Below, in pieces: positions 24,712 through 36,379 of a DNA stretch of 64,000 bases (position 1 is the stretch's first letter; each line of letters starts with the position of its first letter). The notes under the pieces were generated by a model. It worked only from the letters and a program-made list of their open reading frames with translations. It was not told the DNA's origin and did not search any database. This DNA comes from Eledone cirrhosa. Its lineage: Eukaryota. The stretch lies in contig OZ024746.1 in the NCBI GenBank assembly GCA_964016885.1, positions 19,716,001 through 19,780,000 of the forward strand. Direction: 5' to 3'. The translations under genes and the position numbers were made by a program.

Positions 24712-25030
24712 CATCATCACCATTTAACGTCCATTGTTCCACGCTAGCATGGGTTAGACGAGTTGTCCTGTTGTGAAATAGGCCAGGTGAGGTGACCATG
24801 TCTTGCTCATACAGAACTGATTTGGGCTTGGTTTCTACAGCTGGATGCCCTTCCTAACGCCAACCACATTTACAGTGAGTACTTGGTGCTTTTTGTCGTG
24901 ACACCTACACGACTACTTTACAGTGTGGACTGGATGTTTTTTATCGTGTCACCTACATGACCACTTTACAGTGCGGGCTGGGCGCTTTTTGTCATATCAC
25001 CATCATGACCACTTTACTATGTGGGCTAGG
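24712..25030 (-). mobile_element. family-C SINE with 3-4 internal 48-bp units
   Basis: (CAT)n end, ccacgctagcatggg hairpin, ctggatgcccttcctaac, repeated actttacagtg.ggactgg.tg.tttt.tcgtg.cacctaca. Confidence 0.7.
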
Positions 25031-25390
25031 GACTTTGGTAGGAGAGGTAATACAATATGCATGTGAATTATGGGCAAAACTAAAATGATATATCAAAAGC
25101 TGACCATTACAAAAATAAGTTGCTCATCCTTAAGACAATAAATAGAAAGTCATCTGAAAATCATTATTTTTTTGCAATAATATCTATTTATTATCTGTAA
25201 CTTAAATAGGGTGGTGGATTGGCAGAATTGGTAGAGCGTTGGACAACATGCTTTGCAGCATAGTTATGTCCCTTTATGTTCTGTGCTCAAATTCCGTTGA
25301 GGTTAGCTTTGCATTTCATCCTTAATATAATAATATTAATTAGGTGCATTTAGTAACCTATAGCAACCAGCAGCAGAGACCTCTCTTTAA

Positions 25391-25609
25391 CCCTTTATCA
25401 TTTAAACTGGCCATATCCGGCCAGAATTCTCTCACCTATTTCTGTTCAAACCGACCGTAACTAGCCACACATACTGATGTTAAGGTCTTGTTTTCAAAGT
25501 AAATAATATCATCATCAAAATCTCAGATTTCATGTGAATAATTATGTGAGATAAAGTCTTTACTGCGAAAATACAATAGTAGATATAGAGTAATGTGAAT
25601 GCTAAAGGG
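25391..25609. mobile_element. piggyBac-like MITE
   Basis: TTAA on both sides; TIRs ccctttatcatt / aatgctaaaggg. A degenerate relative lies near 62000-62166. Confidence 0.75.
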
Positions 25610-26022
25610 TTAAAGTCTCCCAAGCATAATATTTGATATGTTGGGGTGGTTTGTCATATGCAGAGCCCTGTTCATATTCCAGCAGAAAAAAAAACAAAGA
25701 AAAGAAAGAAAAAAGCAGTAATAACCAGTTTTCCCATTATGAAACCTCACTAAGAAGTATTATTCCAAAATGGACTCAAAAGACTTAATCTTCAGCTACG
25801 TGATAAACATTATCATCATCACTGTATAACATTAATTTTTCCATGCTAGCATGGGTTAGACAAGTTGTCCCATTGTGAGACAAGTCAGGTCAGGTCACTG
25901 TGTCTTGTTCATACAGAACTGTTTTGGGCTTTGTTTCTATGACTGGATACTCTTCCTAACACCGACCACATTTACAGAGTGGACTAGGTGCTTTTAATTG
26001 TGGCATCAAAACGACAATACTA

Positions 26023-26195
26023 ATAATTGTTTCTACTTTAGGCACAAGGCCAGCAATTACCCAGTGCATTACTGGTACTTTATTTTATCGACCCCGTAAG
26101 GATGAAAGGCAAAGTCAACCTCGGCGGGATTTGAACTCAGATAGTAAAGGGATGTAACTATGCTGGAAAGCATGGCGTCCGACCCTCTACCGATA
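26023..26195 (-). mobile_element. young family-A SINE
   Basis: Near-identical to 13965-14150 in reverse orientation. Confidence 0.85.
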
Positions 26196-26290
26196 ATAAT
26201 AATATATAAAATTGCTTTGCTGAACATGGCCCAGCCCATTTAATATTGGGAAATACTAGTGTACAAGGCTGGACTTTTACCTGCTGACAC

Positions 26291-26544
26291 CAAGCATGTC
26301 AAACTGAGGGTCTTCCGAGGGCCACATGGGTCACACATGTGTTGTCTGAGGGTCACATAGGTCACACGTGTGTTGTCTGAGGGTCACATGGGTCACACAT
26401 GTGTTGTCTGAGGACCACACATTACAACTAATTTTTTAAATTTTATATTATGAAGATAAAACATGTTCGCGCTGTAAAAACCTTTGTGCGGGCTGCAGGT
26501 GCGCTTGTAAAGGGTCGCATGCAACCGCATGTTTGACATGCCTC
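26291..26544. mobile_element. hAT-like MITE with an internal ~30-bp tandem triplication
   Basis: TIRs caagcatgtcaaac / gtttgacatgcctc; internal ctgagggtcacatgggtcacacatgtgttgt x3; no clean TSD. Confidence 0.6.
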
Positions 26545-26650
26545 CCCTAAGCTATATGAAATTTGAGACCCTTCTCTAAAAAATATTTTGGTAAAATAAT
26601 TTCAAATAATTATACATGAATATTATTTTTTATATTAATGTTAAAGGGTA

Positions 26651-26697
<47 letters not shown>

Positions 26698-26711
26698 TTA
26701 GTGGTAAAAAA

Positions 26712-26816
26712 TAAAAACTAATGATAAAATAAATATATATATTAATAAATGAGGCCCCCCTCGAGGGTGTGGCCCTAAGTTATAGCTTAGTTAGTTTATA
26801 GATAAGTCCAACACTG
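26712..26816. mobile_element. DNA-transposon terminal fragment (Harbinger/hAT-like)
   Basis: ~100-bp sequence repeated at ~40705-40806, ending taagtcca(a/g)cactg. Confidence 0.5.
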
Positions 26817-27059
26817 CCAGTCAGCTAATCCAAAGCTTAAACACAGTATTAATGTGAAATTTCAGCACTTCTGTTTAGTGTTTAGTATGTACTAAACAAC
26901 TAGACAAAGTCAAAGAGAAATTTACCAATAAACTGAAGACAATAACAACAATAAAAATAAGGGCAAAATATTGTTTTAGAAAATTACAAGCAACATGTAA
27001 CCCCCTCCCTCCCTCCCCAGCCAGGCAAACAACATGAACACCTTAATGTTGGGATTGAG

Positions 27060-27480
27060 TAATGCTGGTGCCATAATAAAAAACACCCAGTCTATATAGT
27101 AAGGTGGTAATGCTGGTGACATAATAAAAAAAGTACCCAGTTTATATAGTAAGGTGGTAATGCTGGTGACATAATAAAAAAAGTACCCAGTTTATATAGT
27201 AAGGTGGTAATGCTGGTGACATAATAAAAAAAATACCCAGTTTATATAGTAAGGTGGTAATGCTGGTTACATAATAAAAAAAGTACCCAGTTTATATAGT
27301 AAGGTGGTAATGCTGGTGACATAATAAAAAACACCCAGTTTATATAGTAAGGTGGTAATGCTGGTGACATAATAAAAAAAGTACCCAGTTTATATAGTAA
27401 GGTGGTAATGCTGGTGACATAATAAAAAAACACCCAGTTTATATAGTAAGATGGTAATGCTGGTGACATAATAAAAAGCA
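27060..27480 (+). repeat. 48-50-bp minisatellite (~9 units) inside a family-C SINE (SINE continues to ~27612)
   Basis: Unit aatgctggtgacataataaaaaaagtacccagtttatatagtaaggtggt, followed by gtggttggcattagaaaggacatccagctgtagaaa and a (GAT)n tail. Confidence 0.9.
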
Positions 27481-27619
27481 CACAGTAAAGCTGTAAAGTG
27501 GTTGGCATTAGAAAGGACATCCAGCTGTAGAAACCAAACCAAAAACATAAGTTTTGAACAAAACATGGTCACCTGGAAAATAGGCATTAAATGTTGATGA
27601 TGATGATGATGACGATAAG

Positions 27620-27657
<38 letters not shown>

Positions 27658-27979
27658 TGATGTTGGTGTATATATATATATATACCAACATCACTATCAC
27701 CATGTTACATCTGTTTTCTATGCAGGCATAGATTGACCGATATATGAGTAGAGTGTCACATTATAGACATCCTGAGTGGAAAAAAACTTTGAGAGTTTTG
27801 GTTTTGAAAGTGTGAGGATGAACATACGCATACATTCTTGAGTTGCACTTATTTAACAAGTGATTGATCTGAGATGGTAGGTTGAGACTAATATAACAGT
27901 GTCATGTATATCTATAGTTGGATTTCTGATGTATATCAGGAGGTGATGATAGTGAAAATTGTACTCAATGCGTTAGAAG

Positions 27980-28046
27980 CTTCTACATGACTAGAACTGT
28001 TTCATTCAAAAGAAATCATCATGAAACAGTTCTAGTCCTGTAGAAG
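27980..28046. repeat. fold-back palindrome built on an HHR-like motif
   Basis: Minus strand a-TGATGA-tttc-tttt-gaat-GAAA-cagttctag-TC-atgtag; arms cttctaca.gactagaactgtttcat / atgaaacagttctagtc.tgtagaag. Confidence 0.6.
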
Positions 28047-28387
28047 TTATTCCTATAATAATACTAAAAAATATATATATATAAATATAATTCCGGTAAA
28101 TATGATGACTAATCAGCATCGAAATATGTATCACAGCTCTACACAGTTCCATAAATAAAGGATTTTTAAACATCTACACTGAACTTCACATTTATCCTTA
28201 TTGGCAGTATTGGTAGAGGGTCGGACACCATGCTTTGAAGCATAGAGTTAGTGTTCTCTAGTGGAGGTGTTTTAACTACGATGTTTATATCATCAACGGA
28301 GAGGGAGTACATTATCAGGGTTAAGGGGTCTTCTAATTGTTCTTTAAGTTTAAGTTTACTGTCCCACCATACCATGAATAGGTTAGC

Positions 28388-29499
28388 TATGTTGATGATA
28401 TAAACATCGTAGTTAAAACACCCCCAAGAGAGAACAGTCAGGAATTAGAGAAAAACACAATGGAAAGCATCCAGCAAATAGCTAACTCCATCCACCAGAG
28501 TATTAGAGTTACTATAGACTACCCAAGCAAACACCCCAACCATCGATTACCTGTACTAGACACAGAGCTCTGGTTAGATACCATTAATAACAAAAAACAA
28601 ATCCTCCATTCCCATTATGCCAAACCCATGACTTCCAAATATCTGATCCACCGAAACTCAGCTGTTTTGGACCATACCAAAATCAACATACTGATTGCGG
28701 ATTTGGTACGGGTGATGAGAAACGTGTCCCGCATGTGCAACCCCGAAGAACTAGAGAGACACATACAACACTTCATCCACCGTATGCAGTTCTCTGGTTA
28801 CAATCAGAGAGATAAAATCAGAGTGTATAGAGGAGCCAGAACCAAATGGGGAAAAATGGTAAATAGTGACACAAATGGGACCTGCTCCTTGTATAGGAGC
28901 AAATTTTGGAATAGAATTGAAAGAACTAAGAATAAAGCTAATAGAATAAACTCATGGTATGATAGCAATAAATACCAGAGTGTAATGTTCATCGATACAA
29001 CCCCTAGAGGTGAATTAGCTTACAAAATTAGAAGGGCCCTAGATAAACATAAACTCAATATTAAGATAGTAGAAAGACCAGGTACCTCCATAAAAACACT
29101 TTTCAAAGACCTCCCTGTATAGATAAAAAATGTATAATCTGTAAATTAAGCCCCCATATTAACTGTAAAACTAGAAATGTAGTATATAGCATAAGATGTA
29201 CTGAAGGACAATGTAGAGATAAAAATATAGTGTACATAGGTGAGACAGCTCGTAGTATAGGGGAACGGATAAATTAACACTGGTGAGACCTTCAAGATAG
29301 TAAAGAATCATCTGTACTCTACCAACATGCTAAAATAGAACATAAGGGTAAATTAGAGAACATAGAAATAAAAATAAAATCTACACACAGAAAAGACGCA
29401 ATGTTTAGACAAATCACAGAGGCAATAAACATAAATGAATTACAACCAAAATTAAATAGAAAACATGAGTGGAACAGCAACATCACAACCTACAATTGA
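28388..29499 (+). pseudogene. PLE reverse transcriptase (motif 5 to thumb) + C-terminal GIY-YIG endonuclease, disrupted
   Basis: In frame from YVDDINIVV (28388) through ORF 28460-29122. After a frameshift near 29100: CIDKKCIICKLSPHINCKTRNVVYSIRCTEGQCRDKNIVYIGETARSIGERIN*HW*...QHAKIEH...RQITEAININELQPKLNRKHEW. Stops at 29275 and 29284. Confidence 0.9.
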
Positions 29500-29700
29500 G
29501 GACAAAATGAAAACACACATGCACATAGAACAAACAACCAACCAGTAACATGTAAATAAACAAATAAATAAACGAATATAAACACACACAGACACCCGGA
29601 TGTAACACATGCGCAAACTAAGCATACAACACACACACAAAAACAAGATGGCGTAGGACAGAACAAAGGAGAGGCACAAAAAACAAAGAAAAGAATCCCC

Positions 29701-29746
29701 CAGTCACTGAAGAGGTCACAGAATGTGTGACGAAAGAACTTGACAA
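29701..29746 (+). ncRNA. minimal hammerhead motif in the PLE 3' UTR
   Basis: gtca-CTGAAGA-g-gtcaca-gaatg-tgtgac-GAAA-gaact-tgac; copies at 38111-38156(+) and 37188-37233(-) read GAAA-gaac-TT-tgac. Confidence 0.65.
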
Positions 29747-29886
29747 TATATAAACAACCACCTGGTTGTGGAACCAACCAACCGGAAATTTATAAATTCC
29801 TAAATTTATAAATTTATTATAATAAATTGAAGTGAAAGCAACTGGTGCGTGTGTTTCTCATTGGCAACATGACCCTCCCAAAGTAT

Positions 29887-29959
<73 letters not shown>

Positions 29960-30819
29960 TGTGTGTGTGTGTGTATGTGTGTGTGTGAGAGAGAGAGAGA
30001 GATAGTGAAAGTATTGTTGCTGAATAATAAAGTTAAAAATTCTGAGAAAAAGTTGCCAAATTGTAAAAGATAGGAGAGATAAATTCTACACAATAGCTGT
30101 TACCTACGATAACCTATATATCTGTATAGCATCCTACCTTTTTGTATTATCATGGATAACACAACAGGAATATGATGTTTGCTGGACCCCCACCCCTGGA
30201 CAAGGGGGGGGGGGGTACCCCATCCCACCCACCCCAATATATATATCTAGTCTAATATGCTGAGATATATAGTAATATAGAAAGTAAGACCATAGTAGGA
30301 AGAGGCAAAGGTGATAATATTGATTCATCATCATCATCATCATTATTAACGTCCATTTTCCACGCTTGCAATGGGTTATGGGAAAAAGGAATATCAGATA
30401 TGGTGGGTGGGGGTGTTAGATGTAGTAGTAGTGTTCACATGTGAATGTGTCTCTGAAAAGAAAAGCTCTCTCACACACACACACACTCACACACACACAC
30501 ACACGCACACACACACGCACACATAGCCCAGCCAGCTGAAACTCCTGTGGTGGGTGCATGAATGGATATGAAAAGTAGTTGCAGATAGTGGAGGCCAGAA
30601 GCAGCAGCAGCTGTCTATAGTGTATTGTACAAACTGTTTATACAGCTGATTCCCAGTGACACTGTGACAAGGACCACTGAGTGAGCTGTCATTCCTGCTT
30701 GTGATTCCAGCCAACAAAGGAATGGACCTCTCTCTCTCTCTCTTAATATTTGATCAATGGAGCAGCCTTCTTGTGAAATTAATATGTAAGTGGTTGAACA
30801 TTCTAGACATATATAAGTC

Positions 30820-31165
30820 TAAAGTCTGTCTCAAGCCCTGGGTCTCATCCTGGTTTCTGAGACTCCCTCTTGGATATGATGGCAGTCCATCTCTGGGTTA
30901 AAGCCTGCCACGAGCTCAGAGTCTCACCAGTCTGGTGCTTATCCCAGTTTTCTTGGTATGAAGTGACTGAGAATACTTGACTTCCCCCTGGACAGGACCC
31001 CAGTCTATCGCAGGGTTAAACACAACGCTGGTACTCATTTTTAGCTGAGTATACTGGAGCAAGATGCAATGAAGTATTTTGCACAAGAACACAACACAAC
31101 CCAGTCCAGGAATTGAACCCCTGACATTATGATCCTAAGTCTAACATCCTTACCACTAGGCATGT
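30820..31165 (-). mobile_element. family-B CORE-like SINE
   Basis: Homologous to 184-460 and 12195-12475. Confidence 0.7.
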
Positions 31166-31399
31166 GTACCCTTAACATAATTCAGGAGATTCAGCCAAAC
31201 AAGTACATTCTTTGAATTACAGGTACAGTTCATTCAATGGGCTTCCAAACAGTTTCCATCTACACAATTTCACTCACAAATCATGGATCAACCTGAGGTT
31301 CAGAAGGTAAATTACACTTGCTTAAGATACCCTGTAGTGGGACTGAACCCGGTATCTAATGATTGTGAAATGTATTTCTTTAACATTTGACCACGTTTG

Positions 31400-31586
31400 A
31401 TAATTGTTTCTACTTTAGGCACAAGGCCAGCAATTACCCAGTGCATTACTGGTACTTTATTTTATCGACCCCGTAAAGATGAAAGGCAAAGTCAACCTCG
31501 GCGGGATTTGAACTCAGATCGTAAAGGGACGTAACTATGCTGGAAAGCATGGCGTCCGACCCTCTACCGATACTGCCAATCCACCG
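31400..31586 (-). mobile_element. young family-A SINE with 16-bp TSD
   Basis: gaccacgtttgataat on both sides. Confidence 0.92.
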
Positions 31587-32044
31587 ACCACGTTTGATAA
31601 TGACAAATAAACAACTATTAACTGGCAGCAATAATAATTATACGCTGTGACAAAACTATAAAGAACAATGTAAGTATGTCTCATTTAAAAATGTAAATAT
31701 TTTGTAAAATTGAATAAAATGTAAAACTGATCAAGAATGAAAAAAAAAAATAAATTTTAATTCTAATGCTTTTTACACTTCTCATTTCTTTTCTAATCAA
31801 CAGTTTTATTTAATTTCAAACTTTAGAATTTCCCTTTTCTCATAGGATATAAATTTATCGAATGATACAGACATTGAAGAAGTGACATTTCTGCAAACAA
31901 CAACAATGTTATGTATTTTGTGATACAGCTCATAGAAAGATTGAGTTTCTAGTTAGCTGTTGTGTATTAATGAAGAATGTTGAACACACTGGAGAGAACT
32001 GTTCCTGGTAAGTTGTTCTGGCTAGAAACTATTTAGGTATGTAT

Positions 32045-32185
32045 AAAGAAGAAGAAAAGAAAAAGAAAAAGAAAGGAAGAAGAAAAGAAAAAGAAAAAGA
32101 AAAAGAAGAAAAAGAAGAAGAAGAAAGGAGGAAGAAGAAGAAGAAAAAGAAGAAGAAAAAAAAAGAAGAAATAGAAGAAGAAGAA
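32045..32185. repeat. (GAA/GAAAAA)n purine tract
   Basis: Direct reading. Confidence 0.85.
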
Positions 32186-32427
32186 TCCAAACTGGTCCTG
32201 TGGGATACATGGTACGGAGTGGTAAGCAGGACCAGATTTAGACCTTGGGGTGGGGGTAGTTCAGGTTTGGTGGGTCCCTCATATAACAACACACACACAC
32301 AAATATCATCAGCAACAGCACCATTTAACATCCATTTTGCATGCTAGTTTGGGTTAAATGAGTTTTTTTAGCTGTTTCTGGCTTGGTTTCTATGGCTGGA
32401 TGCCCTCCCTAATGCTACCCACACTTA

Positions 32428-33110
32428 CAGTGTGCACTGGGTGTTTTTTGTTGCAACACCTACACAACCATTTTATAGTGTGCACTGGATGTTTTTTGTT
32501 GCAACACCTAACAACCATTTTATAGTGTGCACTGGGTGTTTTTTGTTGCAACACCTAACAACTATTTTATAGTGTGCACTGGGTGTTTTTTGTTGCAACA
32601 CCTACACAACCATTTTATAGTGTGCACTGGGTGTTTTTTGTTGCAACACCTAACAACTATTTTATAGTGTGCACTGGGTGTTTTTTGTTGCAACACCTAC
32701 ACAACCATTTTATAGTGTGCACTGGGTGTTTTTTGTTGCAACACCTACACAACCATTTTATAGTGTGCACTGGGTGTTTTTTGTTGCAACACCTACACAA
32801 CCATTTTATAGTGTGCACTGGGTGTTTTTTGTTGCAACACCTCCACAACCATTTTATAGTGTGCACTGGGTGTTTTTTGTTGCAACACCTACACAACCAT
32901 TTTATAGTGTGCACTGGGTGTTTTTTGTTGCAACACCTACACAACCATTTTATAGTGTGCACTGGGTGTTTTTTGTTGCAACACCTACACAACCATTTTA
33001 TAGTGTGCACTGGGTGTTTTTTGTTGCAACACCTACACAACCATTTTATAGTGTGCACTGGGTGTTTTTTGTTGTAGCACCAAAACGACTACTTTACAGT
33101 GTGGACTGGG
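32428..33110 (-). repeat. 47-48-bp minisatellite (~14 units) inside a family-C SINE (SINE 3' end ~32320)
   Basis: Unit agtgtgcactgggtgttttttgttgcaacacctacacaaccattttat, adjacent to ggctggatgccctccctaatgc and catttaacatccattttgcatgctag. Confidence 0.92.
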
Positions 33111-33299
33111 GACCTGGGTGGGATGTTATGACGTGGGTGGTGTATGGAAGGGGAGATGGAGAGGAAGATGATGCATACTAGATGTATGCTTTAACCTGAG
33201 CACATGAGAAGGTGGATATTTTGTATTACTGAATACTGGCCAGGAAGTGAAGGTGGTAATGGTGGAGAGAGTATGTGAAGTAAGAGCCCAGTCTATGTA

Positions 33300-33875
33300 A
33301 GAAATTTATGTATTTGAGATTTTGAAAAGCTCTTAAAGATTTTGAATTCAAATAGTGTAAAGTGTGTCAACCTGTTTGAATTGATCCCTTTCTGAGTGAC
33401 AAATATTCTATTCATTGGTTTGGTCTTGTGGAAGGAACTGTGGTGATGATCATCACAGAGCCCTCTAAGACTAATGTGACACAATATCCCTCTTAGATAA
33501 TTAATTGCAAGTTGATGGCTGCAGTAAAAATGATATGGACAGAGAGGGAGTTTCAAAAGATTGCCATCCTAAGGAAGAATGTCTAAGAGAAGTGTTTAGT
33601 GAGCAAGGGAACCAAGATAGATGATGACAGGAAAAGAGATTAGCAAGTTGGGAATACATTGTAGCCAGTGCTGTAGAGCTGACGATATTGTAGTAATAAT
33701 GGAATAAACGGCAGAGTGAGGAGACAGAGGTTGGAGGTGTGGTTGGCAAGGGACTTCCTGTCAATTATGTGGGTGGCTTTTCTTCTTTTTTTTTTTCCAT
33801 ACAGTCTAGGATGTTGGTATATGTAACAAAAGCAACATACCCCATCTGGAAGCAGTGCTCTATTGTGGAGCTAAA
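33300..33875 (-). mobile_element. decayed CR1/L2-group LINE 3' region
   Basis: Minus-strand SVSSLCRLFHYYY...SSTALA and STIEHC resemble the conserved xxVASLxLFYRYY and RPxxEYCS motifs; heavily degenerate. Confidence 0.4.
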
Positions 33876-34366
33876 AGTACATTATATTTATTCACTATGG
33901 TCCAATGTCAAAAGGGTCAATATAGACTACATTTATTCCCAACAAATTTTGCAGTATCAAATTTAAGAGACAGACCACCTCATAGTCCTGGCCTGATAGG
34001 ATGGAGAAGACATTGCCGAGAGTTAAAAGTTGGTGGGACAGAAGAAGCATTTCTGTCCCCTTTAGGGACAGAAATACTTATTTGAATGTGAAATCACCTG
34101 CTTTAGAAGCACTGCCATCCAAGCTGAAGTGGCATTTGAAACTAAACATCCCAACTTATCCAGACAGTACAAAGTTTCTAAATTATGTGACTAAATAGAA
34201 TTATTGAAGCAGCATACACTAGTAGAGTTTACAATAGAATGTAATTTCATTACCATATTTCTAATGAAAGACACAGGCTAGGATTAGAAATAATTTTGAA
34301 AATAATCAAGATTTTGAAAGAATTTAGTAATATAACTAACTTTTTTTCGTTATTAAGTTATTTAAG

Positions 34367-34540
34367 GGCAGTGGATTGGCAGAACTGGTAGAGGGTCGGA
34401 CGCCATGCTTTGCATGATCTGAGTTCAAATCCCGCCAAGGTTAACTTTGCCTTTCATCCTTACGGGGTCGATAAAATAAAGTACCAGTAATGTACTAGAA
34501 TAATTGCTGGCCTTGTGCCAATAGTAGAAACAATTATTAA
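34367..34540 (+). mobile_element. family-A SINE
   Basis: Head, B box, Nin-like core and tail; small internal deletion. Confidence 0.85.
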
Positions 34541-35120
34541 GTTGAGGTTTGGAGTTTACATAAAATTATGATGGAAGGTCTTTAGATAAATATAAACACT
34601 TTAAAACAAATATCTTTATATCATGTGAAGGTGTATGACTTAATGGGATTTGCAGTTATGAGGTTATGAGTTCAATTCCTGGACCAGGCAATGCATTATG
34701 TCCTTAAGCAAGACACTTTATTTCATATTGCTCTTTCTGCTTCTTTCCACTTGATTGGTATTATATTTATTGACTCCAAAAGGTTATAAGCAAAGTTGGC
34801 CCAACCAAGATTTGAACTTGAAGTGCACACAAGCCATTCTATCCATTGCTCTCTAGCACTGCCAGCCAATTCATCACCTTACAGTGTAAGTTGTTTCAAC
34901 TAACCAATGACTGCAGAGGATATACAAGAAATAAACAAACACAAGAGTGGCTGTTGGGTGATAGACACCATGAATATTCAAATGTACTCAGTTAGTTGGG
35001 AGTGAGAGATGAGAGAAGGGGAATGGTGAGGAGAAAGTAGTGTGTAGCTTAGTGATTCAGGTTAATAGACAAGAGAGGGGCACACACATACACAGAAGCT
35101 AATATATATATATATATATA

Positions 35121-35212
<92 letters not shown>

Positions 35213-35784
35213 AATAGGCTAATAAAAGTCAGGCTTGTCAGAAGAGAAAAAGGAGTGGCTGACTAAAAAATTGTCATAGTAGGCAGAGGGTTATCATAGA
35301 ATCTGTTCAGAAAAGAAAAGACTGCACCCTTCAGCAACTTTTTGACAAACATCAACACAAATATGCCAAGACACCCCTGTACTAGTAGTGGTGAGTGAGA
35401 TGGGTGGCAGCTCAAGAGTCCATGCACTGCTCAAGAAAAAATAGTACAAACTAACAATAAAAAAAAAGTAGTTTTAAATGTAGAACAATCATTTTGACAA
35501 AAAAAAAAAGATTATTTTTCTCTGACACACACAAAAAACAAACATTATTTTCATGATCTCCATTGTTGTCATTAGTATTTCTAGCACAGACTTTATAATT
35601 AGTTGCACTATTGTTTCCATCATTATCATCATTATCATCATTATCATCATTATCATCACCATACATTAATATTTACTGTAATTACTATTGTTGCTATAAG
35701 TATTTAAAATGTAGTCATTGTTATCATCCTTCATCTCACCATTTAACATTAAATAGTTAACCTAATTAACATATTATTATTAAT

Positions 35785-36184
35785 AATTATTTCTACATTA
35801 GGCACAAGGCCAGCAATTACCCAGTGTATTACTGGTACTTTATTTTATCGACCCCGTAAGGATGAAAGGCAAAGTTAACCTCGGCGAGATTTGAACTCAG
35901 AATGGCAAGGGCCGTAACTCTATGCATCAAAGCATGGCGTCCGACCCTCTACCGATACTGCCAATCCACTGCCCATATTATTATTAATAATAATAATAAT
36001 AATTGTTTCTACTTTAGGCACAAGGCCAGTAATTACCCAGTGCATTACTGGTACTTTATTTTATCGACCCCGTAAGGATGAAAGGCAAAGTCAACCTTGG
36101 CGGGATTTGAACTCAGATCGTAAAGGGACGTAACTATGCTGGAAAGCATGGCGTCCGACCCTCTACTGATACTGCCAATCCACC
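35785..36184 (-). mobile_element. two adjacent young family-A SINEs of different subfamilies in (AAT)n
   Basis: 35785-35973 (TSD catattattattaataat) and 36000-36184. Confidence 0.9.
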
Positions 36185-36348
36185 TAATAATAATAATAGC
36201 ACATAAACCATTTGATGGATTTGGTGTTTTATTATTTCACTTTCTTGCAAAACATGTTAAATCAAGTTTATTTGGAAAATAAATGTGTGTATGTTGTTAT
36301 GTTTGTATGCATGTGTGTAGGTGTATGTTTGTGTTGTGTGCATGCGCA

Positions 36349-36379
<31 letters not shown>

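Larger units (their letters stand above)
28253..29890 (+). mobile_element. Penelope-like retroelement, 5'-truncated with an inverted 5' segment (28253-28387), ending in (TA)n
   Basis: RT motif YVDD, thumb LPVLDTELW...HYAKP, Cys-rich linker, GIY-YIG (VVY...YIGET), 3' UTR with HHR-like motif and AATAAA. Confidence 0.92.

Noticed and set aside
29284-29286. In-frame TGA in the PLE as possible selenocysteine (cf. Naiad selenoproteins)
   Set aside because: The sister copy at 37.6 kb has CGA (Arg), so this is CpG decay. A TAA and a frameshift are also present, and the endonuclease is C-terminal.
32574-33181. Cys/His-rich repetitive ORFs resembling zinc-binding proteins
   Set aside because: Artefact of a 48-bp SINE-derived minisatellite that is open in several frames.
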